NCBI GenBank assembly: GCA_963702205.1
Contig: OY969724.1
Location: 352,001-416,000, forward strand
Length of the DNA stretch: 64,000 nucleotides
Direction of reading: 5' to 3'
Origin: an uncultured candidate division Zixibacteria bacterium
GTDB lineage: Bacteria; Zixibacteria; MSB-5A5; GN15; PGXB01
The position numbers and the translations under genes are program-made. The notes beneath the pieces were generated by a model. The model saw only the letters and a list, made by a program, of their open reading frames with translations, was not told where the DNA came from and did not search any database. Position 1 is the stretch's first letter; each line of letters starts with the position of its first letter. Of the stretch, positions 40,262 through 49,787 are shown piece after piece.

Positions 40262-41536
40262 ATGTCGATAATTATAGACTACATACTGCTAACATCAATA
40301 GCGATCGGGCTTTCTTACGGTCTGATTTCGCTCTGGTTCTTGTTTGTCGATTATCGCCTCAAGAAATCATCCGTACAAAAGCTGACCGCCCACCCCGGCG
40401 TTACCGTATTCAAACCGCTCAAAGGTCTCGACGACTGCCTCGAAAACAACCTGAGGTCGTTTTTCGAACTCGATTACCCGATTTACGAGCTTATTTTCGG
40501 AATACAGGAATACGGCGACCCGGCGATTGGTTTGGTCAGAAAGCTGCAGGCCGAATATCCACACATTCCTTCGAAGCTCATTATCGATTCGACGCGCATC
40601 GGACTGAATCCCAAGATAAATAATCTGTTCAACATATATCCGTACGCCAGCCACGATTATCTTGTTATAAGCGACAGCAACGTTCGGGTCGATCCCGGAT
40701 ATCTGACCGATCTGGTTGGCAGGCTGCAGGCGCCCGGTGTCGGTCTGGTCACGTCGGCTATTCGCGGGGTCGGAGGCGGAAGCCTCGGCTCCGTCCTCGA
40801 AAATTTACACGCCAATACGTTCATATCCGGCAGTGTCCGCGCCGTCGGGAAGCTTTTCGGAATTCCCATTACAATCGGCAAGTCCATGTGTTTTCATCGC
40901 GCGACGTTACAGGCCATCGGAGGTTTCGAAGCCTTCGCGAACTACCTGGCCGAAGATTTTCTGCTCGGGGACTCCATCCGAAAAATGGGAAAAACAGTGG
41001 TCATCTCCAGTCACTGGATTGACAGCGTCAACGATACCTGGAGTATCGGGCGCTTTGTCAATCGTCATTACCGATGGGCTACCATGCGACGGCACATCAA
41101 TCTGCTGCACTATTCCGCAGAAATTTCTTCCAACCCGGTATTTCTCGCCCTTTTATATTTCGGATGGCGGACCGATCAGACCTCCTGCAGTCTTTTTATT
41201 GCGGTGACCGCGTTCAAGACGCTTATCGACGTCGCCGCCGCGCGCCTGTTCGAATCCGATTTGAAATGGTACGACTACTTCTATCTGCCGCTCAAGGATA
41301 TCATCATCGCCGGGATCTGGCTGGCGCCGTTTTTCAAAAGGCAGGTTGTCTGGCGCGGCAACTATTTCAACATCAACCGCAACACCTATCTGACGCCTGC
41401 CGAGGGGTCGTCTTTCCCACGAACGTTCCCGTCGCCCCTGCGGCAGTCGCTTCGCGCCGCCCGCTGGACCGGCCGCCGGACCCTCGACGGAACCCGCCGC
41501 ATTATCGCCCGTCTCGACCAATCCCGCGCTGCTTAA
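40262..41536 (+). CDS. Ceramide glucosyltransferase / HpnI-like glycosyltransferase (GT21/GT2)
   Basis: N-terminal TM; KPLKGLD, NPKINNL, SDSNV, LAEDF, RHYRW, WRG. Confidence 0.85.
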   Translation: MSIIIDYILLTSIAIGLSYGLISLWFLFVDYRLKKSSVQKLTAHPGVTVFKPLKGLDDCLENNLRSFFELDYPIYELIFGIQEYGDPAIGLVRKLQAEYPHIPSKLIIDSTRIGLNPKINNLFNIYPYASHDYLVISDSNVRVDPGYLTDLVGRLQAPGVGLVTSAIRGVGGGSLGSVLENLHANTFISGSVRAVGKLFGIPITIGKSMCFHRATLQAIGGFEAFANYLAEDFLLGDSIRKMGKTVVISSHWIDSVNDTWSIGRFVNRHYRWATMRRHINLLHYSAEISSNPVFLALLYFGWRTDQTSCSLFIAVTAFKTLIDVAAARLFESDLKWYDYFYLPLKDIIIAGIWLAPFFKRQVVWRGNYFNINRNTYLTPAEGSSFPRTFPSPLRQSLRAARWTGRRTLDGTRRIIARLDQSRAA

Positions 41537-41614
41537 TCGTTTCCGTCTCAACTCATTGGCGATTCTTCCGATAACTCCTTTATAGAGGCTCATTTTTAAT
41601 TGACCGGATGGGAA

Positions 41615-42697
41615 ATGCCTAAAATCGATCAGCTCCTGAAAATAGTCACCGCCGCCAGCGCTTCCGATTTGCACATGGCCGCCGGTTCGGTGCCAATGAT
41701 CCGCATCAACGGCACGCTCCAGAAAACCCGCCACCGCCACCTCTCCGATGAAGACATCAAACAGCTGGTTTATGAGCTTCTCACCGACGAGCAGATTCGC
41801 ACCTTCGAAAAAGGCGGGGATTTCGACTTCGCCTACAGCGTCCCCGGCGGGCAGCGCTTCCGTTTCAACGTCTACCGCACGCAGCCCGGCATCGCGGTCG
41901 CCATCAGGGTTATACCGTCGCAGATTCTCAGCCTCGGCGCCCTCGGTTTTTCCGAACACGTCTCCAAACTGGCCGAACTGAAATCCGGTTTGGTTCTCGT
42001 TACCGGTCCGACCAACTCCGGCAAAACCACGACTCTTGCGGCGATGGTCGATCATATCAATACGAACTCGTTCAAGCATATTATAACGCTCGAAGACCCG
42101 ATCGAATACGTCCACCAGAACAAGAACTGCCTGATTTCCCAGCGACAAATGGGCCTGCACTCGTCGTCTTTCGCCGCCGCCCTCAAGGCGGCCCTGCGCG
42201 AGGACCCCGACGTTATCCTCGTCGGCGAGATGCGCGACCTCGAAACCATTTCGCTGGCGGTATCCGCCGCCGAAATCGGGCTGCTCGTCATGGGCACGCT
42301 GCACACGTCGACCGCCGCCGCCACCGTCGACCGCATCCTCGACGTCTTCCCCTCCGACCAGCAGGCTCAGATTCGAATCATGCTGGCCGAATCGCTGGCC
42401 GGGATCGTCTCGCAGCAGCTTTTGAAGAAAGCCGACGGCCACGGCCGGACGGTTGCCTATGAATTCATGGTTAAAACGACGTCGATTTCGAGCCTGATCC
42501 GCGAGGGCAAGACTTACCAGATTCCGACCGCTATTCAGACCGGTAACCGCAAGGGCATGCGCCTGCTCGACGCCCATCTCAAGGCGTTGGTCGAAACCGG
42601 TCAGGTGTCGCTCAAAGAAGCCATGCGCTGCGCCGCCGACCCGGTCAAGCTGTCCGATCATTTTCCAAAAGAATCTCCCGCACCGGTTGAGGTATAG
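41615..42697 (+). CDS. pilT: Type IV pilus retraction ATPase PilT
   Basis: ASDLH, RFRFN, Walker A GPTNSGKTTT, EDPIEY, ALREDPDVILVGEMRD, GTLHT. Confidence 0.9.
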   Translation: MPKIDQLLKIVTAASASDLHMAAGSVPMIRINGTLQKTRHRHLSDEDIKQLVYELLTDEQIRTFEKGGDFDFAYSVPGGQRFRFNVYRTQPGIAVAIRVIPSQILSLGALGFSEHVSKLAELKSGLVLVTGPTNSGKTTTLAAMVDHINTNSFKHIITLEDPIEYVHQNKNCLISQRQMGLHSSSFAAALKAALREDPDVILVGEMRDLETISLAVSAAEIGLLVMGTLHTSTAAATVDRILDVFPSDQQAQIRIMLAESLAGIVSQQLLKKADGHGRTVAYEFMVKTTSISSLIREGKTYQIPTAIQTGNRKGMRLLDAHLKALVETGQVSLKEAMRCAADPVKLSDHFPKESPAPVEV

Positions 42698-44839
42698 ATG
42701 GCCAAGCAGACGTCAAGATTGCGGCTGGATGAAATTCTTATCCAGGAAGGACTGATCACCGAGGAAGAGATCAAGGAAGCTCTTCTGCGCCAAAAAGCCC
42801 ACGGTGGGAAATTCGGGTCGCAGCTTTTATATCACCGCTATATCGACGAGGCCTCTCTGGTCAAGGCGCTGGCCAAACAGCTCGACTGCGAATATGTCGT
42901 CCTGTCAAAGTACGATATCAATGAATATCTGGTCGAGATGATTCCGCAAAAGGTCGCCATCGCCCGCAAAGTTATGCCGTTCGATTATGACATCGACAAC
43001 AACATTCTCAAGGTCGCGTGCACCGACCCCAATGACACGAATCTGTACAACGAACTTAATTTCGTAACCCACGGCAAAGATGTGCGATTGTACGTCGCCG
43101 CCGAACTCGTCATTAATACCGCCATCGCCAAATACTATCTCGGCGAGGACGTCTCTCTCGAAGACAACCTCCTGCTCGAAATTCCCGACATCACCACGGA
43201 CACCGGCAAGACGCCGATAATCCAGGAAGAAGACAAACCCGAAGAAGTCGTCGACGACCGCCGCGCCATTTTGATCGTCTCCGATGAAACGTACGCCGTC
43301 CCGATGATGCAATCGCTGTTCGAGCGCGATAACTTCCGCGTCGTGGTGCTCGACGACGCCGACACTGCAATTGAAATTCTCGACGAGACTCGCTTTCACG
43401 CCGTCCTCATCAAAGACACGGTTTCCGGAGATTATCTCGATCTTATCGACCGCATCCGCAAAAGCTCGCCGCAGACGCTGGTGCGCTACTATGAATCGGT
43501 ATCATCGCTCTTTTTGCACCGCGATACGTTCAACAACGAATCCGAACTGTTTTTAAAAAATCTCGACCTGTTCACGTCGGTTCTGTCGTCGCACTCTAAG
43601 TCACACGAAAACCACGCCGGGCGGGTGGGGCAGTACGTCGACCGTCTCTGCCGACGGCTCAAGCTGCCGACCCGTGACCGTCTGAAAATAGTCAACGCCG
43701 CGTATCTTCACGATCTCGCGCGCTATTATTACAGTTCCGATGAAGCCTCCGACGGCCGCGCCGTGGTCGATCTGACCGTCAAGCTGCTGTCTTCGCTGAA
43801 CTATTCACCGGTCATCGAAGAAATGCTCCGGCGCATGTACTTCGACCTGAAAGGCAAGTTCACCAAGCGCCTTCCGATCGAAGTGCTCGGCGGAAACATC
43901 GTCACCATCGCCGATCTGTACTGCGAGAGTACCGAGCCGGGCGAAAAGCTCCCGCTCGACAAATTCGACGCCATCAAACGCAAGCTGCGCGACATGGCCG
44001 GGCGCGTCTTTCTGCCCGAAGTGGTCGAGGCGTTCATCGACATGATGCAAAACGAAATCCTCACCCAGCACACCGAACAGAACCTCGGACAGATCATGAT
44101 CTACGCCGAGCAGCTGCGCCTGTTGCAGCCGCTGGAACTCCGGCTCAAAAACGAGGGTTACCGGACTCTGTCGCAAAGCTCGACCGGCGCTTTCGCCGAA
44201 CTCTGCCACCGCAGTCGACCCGATTTGATCATTCTTGTCGCTCCCGGCGACAAAGAGACCGTGCACAATCTGGTCAACACCCTCATAAATGAAGGCGTTC
44301 CGCTTGCGGACATCCCCACGTTTCTTCTCAATGACGATCAGTCGCAAATCCCGGAATTGACCGGTCTGCTGGAGAAAGGCATCGAGGATATAATCGCCAT
44401 CGGCAACAACCTCGACCTGCTCGTCACCAAGATCAACAAGCTTCGCGAAAAACTCCGCGAAAAGGAAGACACGGCGCAACGGCTCGAAAAACAGCAGGGT
44501 GCGCACGGGCGTCTGGCTGACATGAACCTGATCGACCTCCTTCAGGCGCTGGGTCCGTCGCGCAAGACCGTCAAGATAACCGTCCTGCCTTCTGATGACG
44601 ACGCCGACTTGCTGACGCTGTACTTATTACAGGGACAGATTACGTACGCGGGATTTAAAGACCTGCACGGCCCGGAAGCCGTATATGAAGGACTGACATG
44701 GACCGACGGGACGTGGCGTATCGAGCCTATTACCGACGATGATATTCCCGAAACCAATAATGATCTTCCCAATGAATCGCTTCTGATGGAAGGCTGTCGC
44801 CTGATCGACGAAAAAATCCGCTCCGGCAAATTGTTGTAA
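42698..44839 (+). CDS. MshEN (GSPII_E N-terminal) domain protein with receiver-like, HD-like and DUF4388 domains
   Basis: RLDEILIQEGLITEEEIKEALLRQ; HAGRV...AAYLHDL; C-terminal GRLADMNLIDLLQAL...LLMEGCRLIDE. Confidence 0.75.
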   Translation: MAKQTSRLRLDEILIQEGLITEEEIKEALLRQKAHGGKFGSQLLYHRYIDEASLVKALAKQLDCEYVVLSKYDINEYLVEMIPQKVAIARKVMPFDYDIDNNILKVACTDPNDTNLYNELNFVTHGKDVRLYVAAELVINTAIAKYYLGEDVSLEDNLLLEIPDITTDTGKTPIIQEEDKPEEVVDDRRAILIVSDETYAVPMMQSLFERDNFRVVVLDDADTAIEILDETRFHAVLIKDTVSGDYLDLIDRIRKSSPQTLVRYYESVSSLFLHRDTFNNESELFLKNLDLFTSVLSSHSKSHENHAGRVGQYVDRLCRRLKLPTRDRLKIVNAAYLHDLARYYYSSDEASDGRAVVDLTVKLLSSLNYSPVIEEMLRRMYFDLKGKFTKRLPIEVLGGNIVTIADLYCESTEPGEKLPLDKFDAIKRKLRDMAGRVFLPEVVEAFIDMMQNEILTQHTEQNLGQIMIYAEQLRLLQPLELRLKNEGYRTLSQSSTGAFAELCHRSRPDLIILVAPGDKETVHNLVNTLINEGVPLADIPTFLLNDDQSQIPELTGLLEKGIEDIIAIGNNLDLLVTKINKLREKLREKEDTAQRLEKQQGAHGRLADMNLIDLLQALGPSRKTVKITVLPSDDDADLLTLYLLQGQITYAGFKDLHGPEAVYEGLTWTDGTWRIEPITDDDIPETNNDLPNESLLMEGCRLIDEKIRSGKLL

Positions 44840-44855
44840 TTAATTTCCTATTTTT

Positions 44856-45052
44856 GTAGGTCACGCCGACTCGAGGCGTGACACCTTTCATTAACGCGTC
44901 CTTCAATGTCATTCCCGACCTGATCGGGAATCCATCTTCGTAAAGTCTTCCCACTCCAAACAAGTTTGGAGTGGCCACCCAATCGTACGTTGTGATCGGT
45001 AGGTCCTCAGACCTGCCGCAAACCCGGTCGATCTGAGGATCGACCGGCCACA
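44856..45052. repeat. Cluster of five different REP-like palindromes
   Basis: GTAG-GTCACGCC..GGCGTGAC; GTCATTCCCGA-CCTGA-TCGGGAATCCA; CCACTCCAAAC-AA-GTTTGGAGTGG; GTAGGTC-CTCA-GACCTGC; CCGGTCGATC-TGAG-GATCGACCGG. Confidence 0.75.
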
Positions 45053-45335
45053 ACGCGTCATTACCCCAAAGCACCCAACAAATTCACTACCGACTTTGTA
45101 TTTCTGCTCCCCAAAAAAACGCAAATTCGGCCCGTTTTGGCATAGATAATCATGTATCAGCGCGTGAGTTACAAGAAATTGGCTTTGGTCGTACCATTTT
45201 TTAAATTTCTCCCCTGAAGCCGTTTTTTGCTGCGCACTATTTCCCGTTATTTATGGCGTACTTATAGGCCTTTATATAAGGGGATAGAGTGAAACACCAT
45301 CGGGTTGGTAGTGGAAATGATGGCGAAGTCCAAGA

Positions 45336-45363
45336 TGTCACGCCCCAAGTGGGCATGACCTAC
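45336..45363 (-). repeat. GTAG REP-like element inverted relative to the copy at 44856
   Basis: Minus strand GTAGGTCATGCCCACTTGGGGCGTGACA versus plus strand GTAGGTCACGCCGACTCGAGGCGTGACA. Confidence 0.7.
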
Positions 45364-45370
45364 CGAGACT

Positions 45371-45862
45371 TCACCGTGCGATCCCAGGAGATATGTTATC
45401 TTTTTTTGTTGCGAGTCTAGGTGGTGATGTTTTTGAATCCAAGATGGTAATCCAAACAAATTCTTCAAAACCGTTATTCGGATTATAGTTGTACGTTGCA
45501 ACTTGGTGAATCATCTGGGAGTCAGTCATTGGAAATGCGACAGGTGTTTCTGATTTATTATCAAAAAACATTACTTGCACTGGTCCAATGATCTTACCTT
45601 TCTGTCCAACTATAGCTTGTAATATTTGAGCCATGAGAATACGATCATGAGCTATATCGGGTTCCACATATACAAACTTAATATTGCCCTGGCTGCTAAC
45701 CAATTTCCAGTGTTTTACTGATGTTTTATCAGTACCTTGCGAGATTGCAGAGCCAGTATCCGGATTCTTTTGACTTTGCGATTTACCATTACAAGAAATC
45801 AATAATGGGAACGGAATCAAACAAATAATCGCTACATTTAAGATCTTCGTTAATAGTTTCAT
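45371..45862 (-). CDS. Hypothetical lipoprotein in an AT-rich islet
   Basis: Signal peptide with lipobox LLISC; AAGGA RBS; AT-rich codons unlike its neighbours. Confidence 0.65.
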   Translation of the reverse strand: MKLLTKILNVAIICLIPFPLLISCNGKSQSQKNPDTGSAISQGTDKTSVKHWKLVSSQGNIKFVYVEPDIAHDRILMAQILQAIVGQKGKIIGPVQVMFFDNKSETPVAFPMTDSQMIHQVATYNYNPNNGFEEFVWITILDSKTSPPRLATKKDNISPGIAR

Positions 45863-45892
45863 TTCGCTATTCCTTGAATTAAACGAATATTT

Positions 45893-46051
45893 TTATTCAC
45901 ATTCCACCACAGGTGCCAGCCGCGGCGGAATATTATACAAATATACTATCAGGTATAATATATCTATCAAATTCACGGTGATATCACCATTAGCATCATC
46001 AGCATATATGGGGTTTGGCAGGCCACCAACAAACACCTAAACTATATTCAT
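45893..46051 (-). pseudogene. Orphan degenerate dockerin-like mini-gene
   Basis: Manual translation MNIV*VFVGGLPNPIYADDANGDITVNLIDILYLIVYLYNIPPRLAPVVECE*; matches the NLIDILYLI motif of the gene at 32724-34388. Confidence 0.65.
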
Positions 46052-46180
46052 TTCCGATCCCTCCGGAAAAAGAGAATGTAAATTTTGAAAGCGCCCTTAA
46101 GACAATCTCAATCTACCACAAATGCCTATCCTGTCAAGGACTTATTGGTTTTGACATACCATCGTCGGGGCTCAATTTTA

Positions 46181-46554
46181 TTGATTGCTTGTATGAAATC
46201 GACCACCCGTTGGGTGGGCTACAAGATTGAAGTTCGGCAGGAAAGGGTTCCTGCCGCCGCAGCAAAAAGGTCGCCAAGGTCTTATATATTGATTGCTTGT
46301 ATGAAATCAACCACCCGTTGGGTGGGCTACAAGATTGAAGATCGGCAGAAAAGGGTTCCTGCCGCCGCAGAGAAAAGGTCGCCAAGGTTCTTATATATTG
46401 ATTGCTCGTATGAAATCAACCACCCGTTGGGTGGGCTACAAGATTGAAGATCGGCAGGAAAGGGTTCCTGCCGCCGCAGAGAAAAGGTCGCCAAGGTTCT
46501 TATATATTGATTGCTCGTATGAAATCAACCACCCGTTGGGTGGGTTACAGGATT
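46181..46554. repeat. Tandem repeat, ~3.4 copies of a 108-109 bp unit with two hairpins (BIME-like)
   Basis: Units start at 46181, 46289, 46398 and 46507; hairpins CCACCC-GTT-GGGTGG (then GCTAC) and CGGCAGGAA-AGGG-TTCCTGCCG. Confidence 0.9.
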
Positions 46555-46668
46555 GCCTGCCACCGCAGGAAAGATTGCCAATGAGATATAAAGAATCCCG
46601 ACGTAGAATGTCGGGCCACCGGGCCTATCTGGAAATTATACAAGGGAAAAGGACGACTTGATTCCGGC

Positions 46669-47973
46669 TCAGCCGTCGGCGCGGGAGAGGATGGTGACAC
46701 CAATGATAAATCCGAACACACCGACGCCGACCAGAACAGCCATCGGCAGGATCATGTCGATCAAGTTGAAACCGCGCCAGATCGAACCCTCCAGCGCCAG
46801 GATGCCCCACTTGACCGGGCTGATGTCGCTGACGATTTTCATCCACGACGGCATAAACATCAGCGGGATCATCCCGCCGCCGAGCATCGACATAACGAGC
46901 ATGATCGCCCAGCCGCCGCCCGACACCGAGGCCTCGGTCTTGCCGAGCACGCTGATCATCATCATGATGCCGACAAAACAGATCGCGCTCGCCACCACCG
47001 CCAGAAGCAGATTTGTCCACGATGCCACCCCGACCCCGAAAATAAGAACGCCGATGGCCATAAGTACAATACATACTCCGACGCACGCAATAAAGCAGGC
47101 CAGGCCCTTCCCGGCCAGCACCTGCATCCGGCTGATCGGAGCGATACGAAGTCTCAAAAATGTCCCGCGCGTCCGCTCGATTACGATTGAAAGCGAAAAC
47201 GCCGCCGCCGTGGCGATCAGCGCCCACATCAGCGCCTGCGGGAAAGTTATATCGAACGACGAACGCGGACCGGCCCGTGTCTCCTCGACGGCATCGAAAT
47301 CTATGTCGAGCCCGGAAAATGGCGAATTGTTCGTGACCGCGGTGTTGTCGGTTGTACTATCCGGAGTTCGCGCTCCAGCTGAATCCATCTGCTCCACCGA
47401 CCCGAGGAGTTTGTCGAGATTGTTGAGATAATTACCGTACGACTTATTCACCTTGCCCGCTCCAGTCGTATCGAGTTCCTGCCGCTGCTCTTTCAAAAAG
47501 CTGCGCCAGCCGTTGAGATCGGTGAAGCTGCTCTGCAGGCGCATGAAGTACGCCTGGTTGATCAAACCGTCGAGATACCCCGACTCCGCTTTACGCGACG
47601 GATCGATCCCGACTTTGATGTGCGGTTTTTTGCCGGTGAAAATATCAAAAGTCGATTTGGAGGAATCGAAATACTGTACGAACGCCACCAGCTTGCCCCG
47701 CGCCACCAGCGGCCGGGCCGAATCGAGCGGCATCGGCGTTATGTCGAGCACGTCGGATTTGGCGAGCTGATCGTAGAACGCCTGCACCGACGGGTTCATA
47801 TTATCGGTTATGACGGCGATCTTCATGGACCCGGCGGTACTGCCCGACCCGGAAAAGATCGACCCGAAAAACAGCGCGATCAGAAGCGGGAAACCCATGA
47901 CCCAGAAAAAGCCGACGCGGTCGCGCCAGAGCAGCTTGAGGTCTTTTATGGCAAGGTGTACTATCGAGCCCAT
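46669..47973 (-). CDS. ABC-2 type exporter permease
   Basis: KDLKLLWRD, large extracytoplasmic loop, ERTRGTFLRLRIAP, LGGGMIP...SPVKW. Confidence 0.88.
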   Translation of the reverse strand: MGSIVHLAIKDLKLLWRDRVGFFWVMGFPLLIALFFGSIFSGSGSTAGSMKIAVITDNMNPSVQAFYDQLAKSDVLDITPMPLDSARPLVARGKLVAFVQYFDSSKSTFDIFTGKKPHIKVGIDPSRKAESGYLDGLINQAYFMRLQSSFTDLNGWRSFLKEQRQELDTTGAGKVNKSYGNYLNNLDKLLGSVEQMDSAGARTPDSTTDNTAVTNNSPFSGLDIDFDAVEETRAGPRSSFDITFPQALMWALIATAAAFSLSIVIERTRGTFLRLRIAPISRMQVLAGKGLACFIACVGVCIVLMAIGVLIFGVGVASWTNLLLAVVASAICFVGIMMMISVLGKTEASVSGGGWAIMLVMSMLGGGMIPLMFMPSWMKIVSDISPVKWGILALEGSIWRGFNLIDMILPMAVLVGVGVFGFIIGVTILSRADG

Positions 47974-48863
47974 CAGTCGCGCAACCTCCGTCCGGTAAGG
48001 TTCAAAAAGACTTTTTCGAGGTCCGGCCGGTCGACCCGAAGCGATTTGTACTTAATCCCGGCGTCGGCCAGCGTGGCGATGTCCTGAAGCGGCTGCGATG
48101 ATTCGAACGACAGCAGGTTGCCCTCGAGCTCGGCCGGGAGTTCGATACCGTCGGGCAGCGGCAACTGCACTTCGGTACTTACGATGGCTTTGCCGCCGTG
48201 CGCGTCGATGAGGTCATCAACGGTCCCGTCGGCCAGAATTTTGCCGTGGTCGATGATCGCCACCCGGTCGCACAACCGCTGCGCTTCTTCCATGTAGTGG
48301 GTGGTATACACGATCGTACGGCCCTCTTTTTTGAGCATTTCGATTTTGTCGAAAATCATATTGCGCGACTGGGGATCGACTCCGACCGTCGGTTCATCGA
48401 GCAGCAAAATCGGCGGATCGTGCACGAGGCCACAGGCCAGGTTGAGACGGCGTTTCATACCACCGGAGTATTTTTTAACGCGGTCGTCTTTGCGGTCTTT
48501 TAAACCGGCCAGTTCCAGACACCAGTCAACTCTCTGCTTCAGACGACTGCCGGAAATGCCGTACAGCTTTCCGAAGAATGCGAGGTTTTCTTCGGCGCTA
48601 AGTTCTTCGTAGATAGCCAGCGACTGTGGGGCGGCTCCTATTTCGCGGCGCAGACGAGGACGAGTTGGGTCGTTTTCGCCGTTTATTGCAACCGAGCCTC
48701 CATCGGGATTGAGAACACCGATCATAAGCCCGATAGTCGTGCTCTTCCCGGCTCCGTTCGGCCCCAGCAGACCAAAAATCTGATTGTCGGAAATATCGAA
48801 AGAAATATCATCGACCGCTTTGACGGCGCCGAAAGCTTTTTGAAGGTTGGTTACTCGGATCAT
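47973..48863 (-). CDS. ABC exporter ATP-binding protein
   Basis: GPNGAGKST, YSGGMKRR, LLLDEPT, TTHYMEEA. Confidence 0.93.
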   Translation of the reverse strand: MIRVTNLQKAFGAVKAVDDISFDISDNQIFGLLGPNGAGKSTTIGLMIGVLNPDGGSVAINGENDPTRPRLRREIGAAPQSLAIYEELSAEENLAFFGKLYGISGSRLKQRVDWCLELAGLKDRKDDRVKKYSGGMKRRLNLACGLVHDPPILLLDEPTVGVDPQSRNMIFDKIEMLKKEGRTIVYTTHYMEEAQRLCDRVAIIDHGKILADGTVDDLIDAHGGKAIVSTEVQLPLPDGIELPAELEGNLLSFESSQPLQDIATLADAGIKYKSLRVDRPDLEKVFLNLTGRRLRD

Positions 48864-49037
48864 TGCAAATTACTACGCCTGAAAAATCTCCGTGTTTCAA
48901 TTCGAAACATAATAAATACACGATGTGAGCGCAATGTTTGGCGAGATTTATATTTCCGGCGACATTCCGGCCCGAATCAAACATTTTGCGATTCTTCCGA
49001 TAATAGATATAAAGAAAACCCGTTGTCGGAAAACAAG

Positions 49038-49787
49038 ATGGAAGACACAAAACGGCTTCGGGCGGGATATACTTTTGTCGAGGTTATCGTCGTCATTATT
49101 ATTATAGGCATTCTGGCGGCGGTCGCGACCAGGACAATCGGATCGGCTGCCAATTTATCCCGCTTCGAAAAAACGCGCGAAATCATGAACAACCTGGCCC
49201 GGGCCACGGCCGGTGATCCCGCTTTGAAATCGGGCGGGGTTCGCACCGATTTTGGATACATCGGCGACGTCGGTGCCCTGCCGACCGGTTGGGATGATCT
49301 GGTCACCAATCCCGGCGGCTATGCAACATGGAGAGGACCGTACATCAGGGATAAATTCTCCACGGGCAGCGGTAATGATTATTTCAAGCGCGACGCCTGG
49401 GGCAAGGCGATTTCGTCACCGTCGGCGAACTTCTCGTCGACCGGTGGCCCGGAGACGCTTACCCGCGAGATCGCCGGTTCGGTCGACAATCTGCTCTACA
49501 ACCGCGTCACGATCGCCCTGACCGACCTCGGATTTACGCCTCCCGGCGACGATTACAAAGACTCGGTACGAATCGTACTTACCTATCCGAACGGCACCGG
49601 CGGGTACCGTACTCGTACCGTCAATCCCGACGCCAATGGCTCGGCCGTTTTCGATTCCATTCCGATCGGCATTCACACGCTGCAGATGGTGTACATTCCC
49701 GACAACGACACCCTGACCCGCAAGATCAATATCAATCCGGGACAGAGCTATTACACGGAAATACAATTTTATTCCGACTTATGGTAA
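49038..49787 (+). CDS. Prepilin-type (GspG-like) protein 1
   Basis: Class III signal RAG|YTFVEVIVVIIIIGILAAVA; core RTDFGYIGDVGALP..TWRGPY..DAWG; ends DLW. Confidence 0.85.
   Translation: MEDTKRLRAGYTFVEVIVVIIIIGILAAVATRTIGSAANLSRFEKTREIMNNLARATAGDPALKSGGVRTDFGYIGDVGALPTGWDDLVTNPGGYATWRGPYIRDKFSTGSGNDYFKRDAWGKAISSPSANFSSTGGPETLTREIAGSVDNLLYNRVTIALTDLGFTPPGDDYKDSVRIVLTYPNGTGGYRTRTVNPDANGSAVFDSIPIGIHTLQMVYIPDNDTLTRKININPGQSYYTEIQFYSDLW

Noticed and set aside
45893..46036. Diversity-generating retroelement template for dockerin tails
   Set aside because: Differences from the dockerin at ~34290-34385 are not adenine-specific, and no reverse transcriptase is present
46181..46554. CRISPR array
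   Set aside because: Whole 109-bp units are near-identical with no unique spacers, and there are no cas genes
46085..46661. Short repetitive ORFs over the tandem array
   Set aside because: They are translations of the palindromic repeat, and the 108/109-bp period does not keep frame
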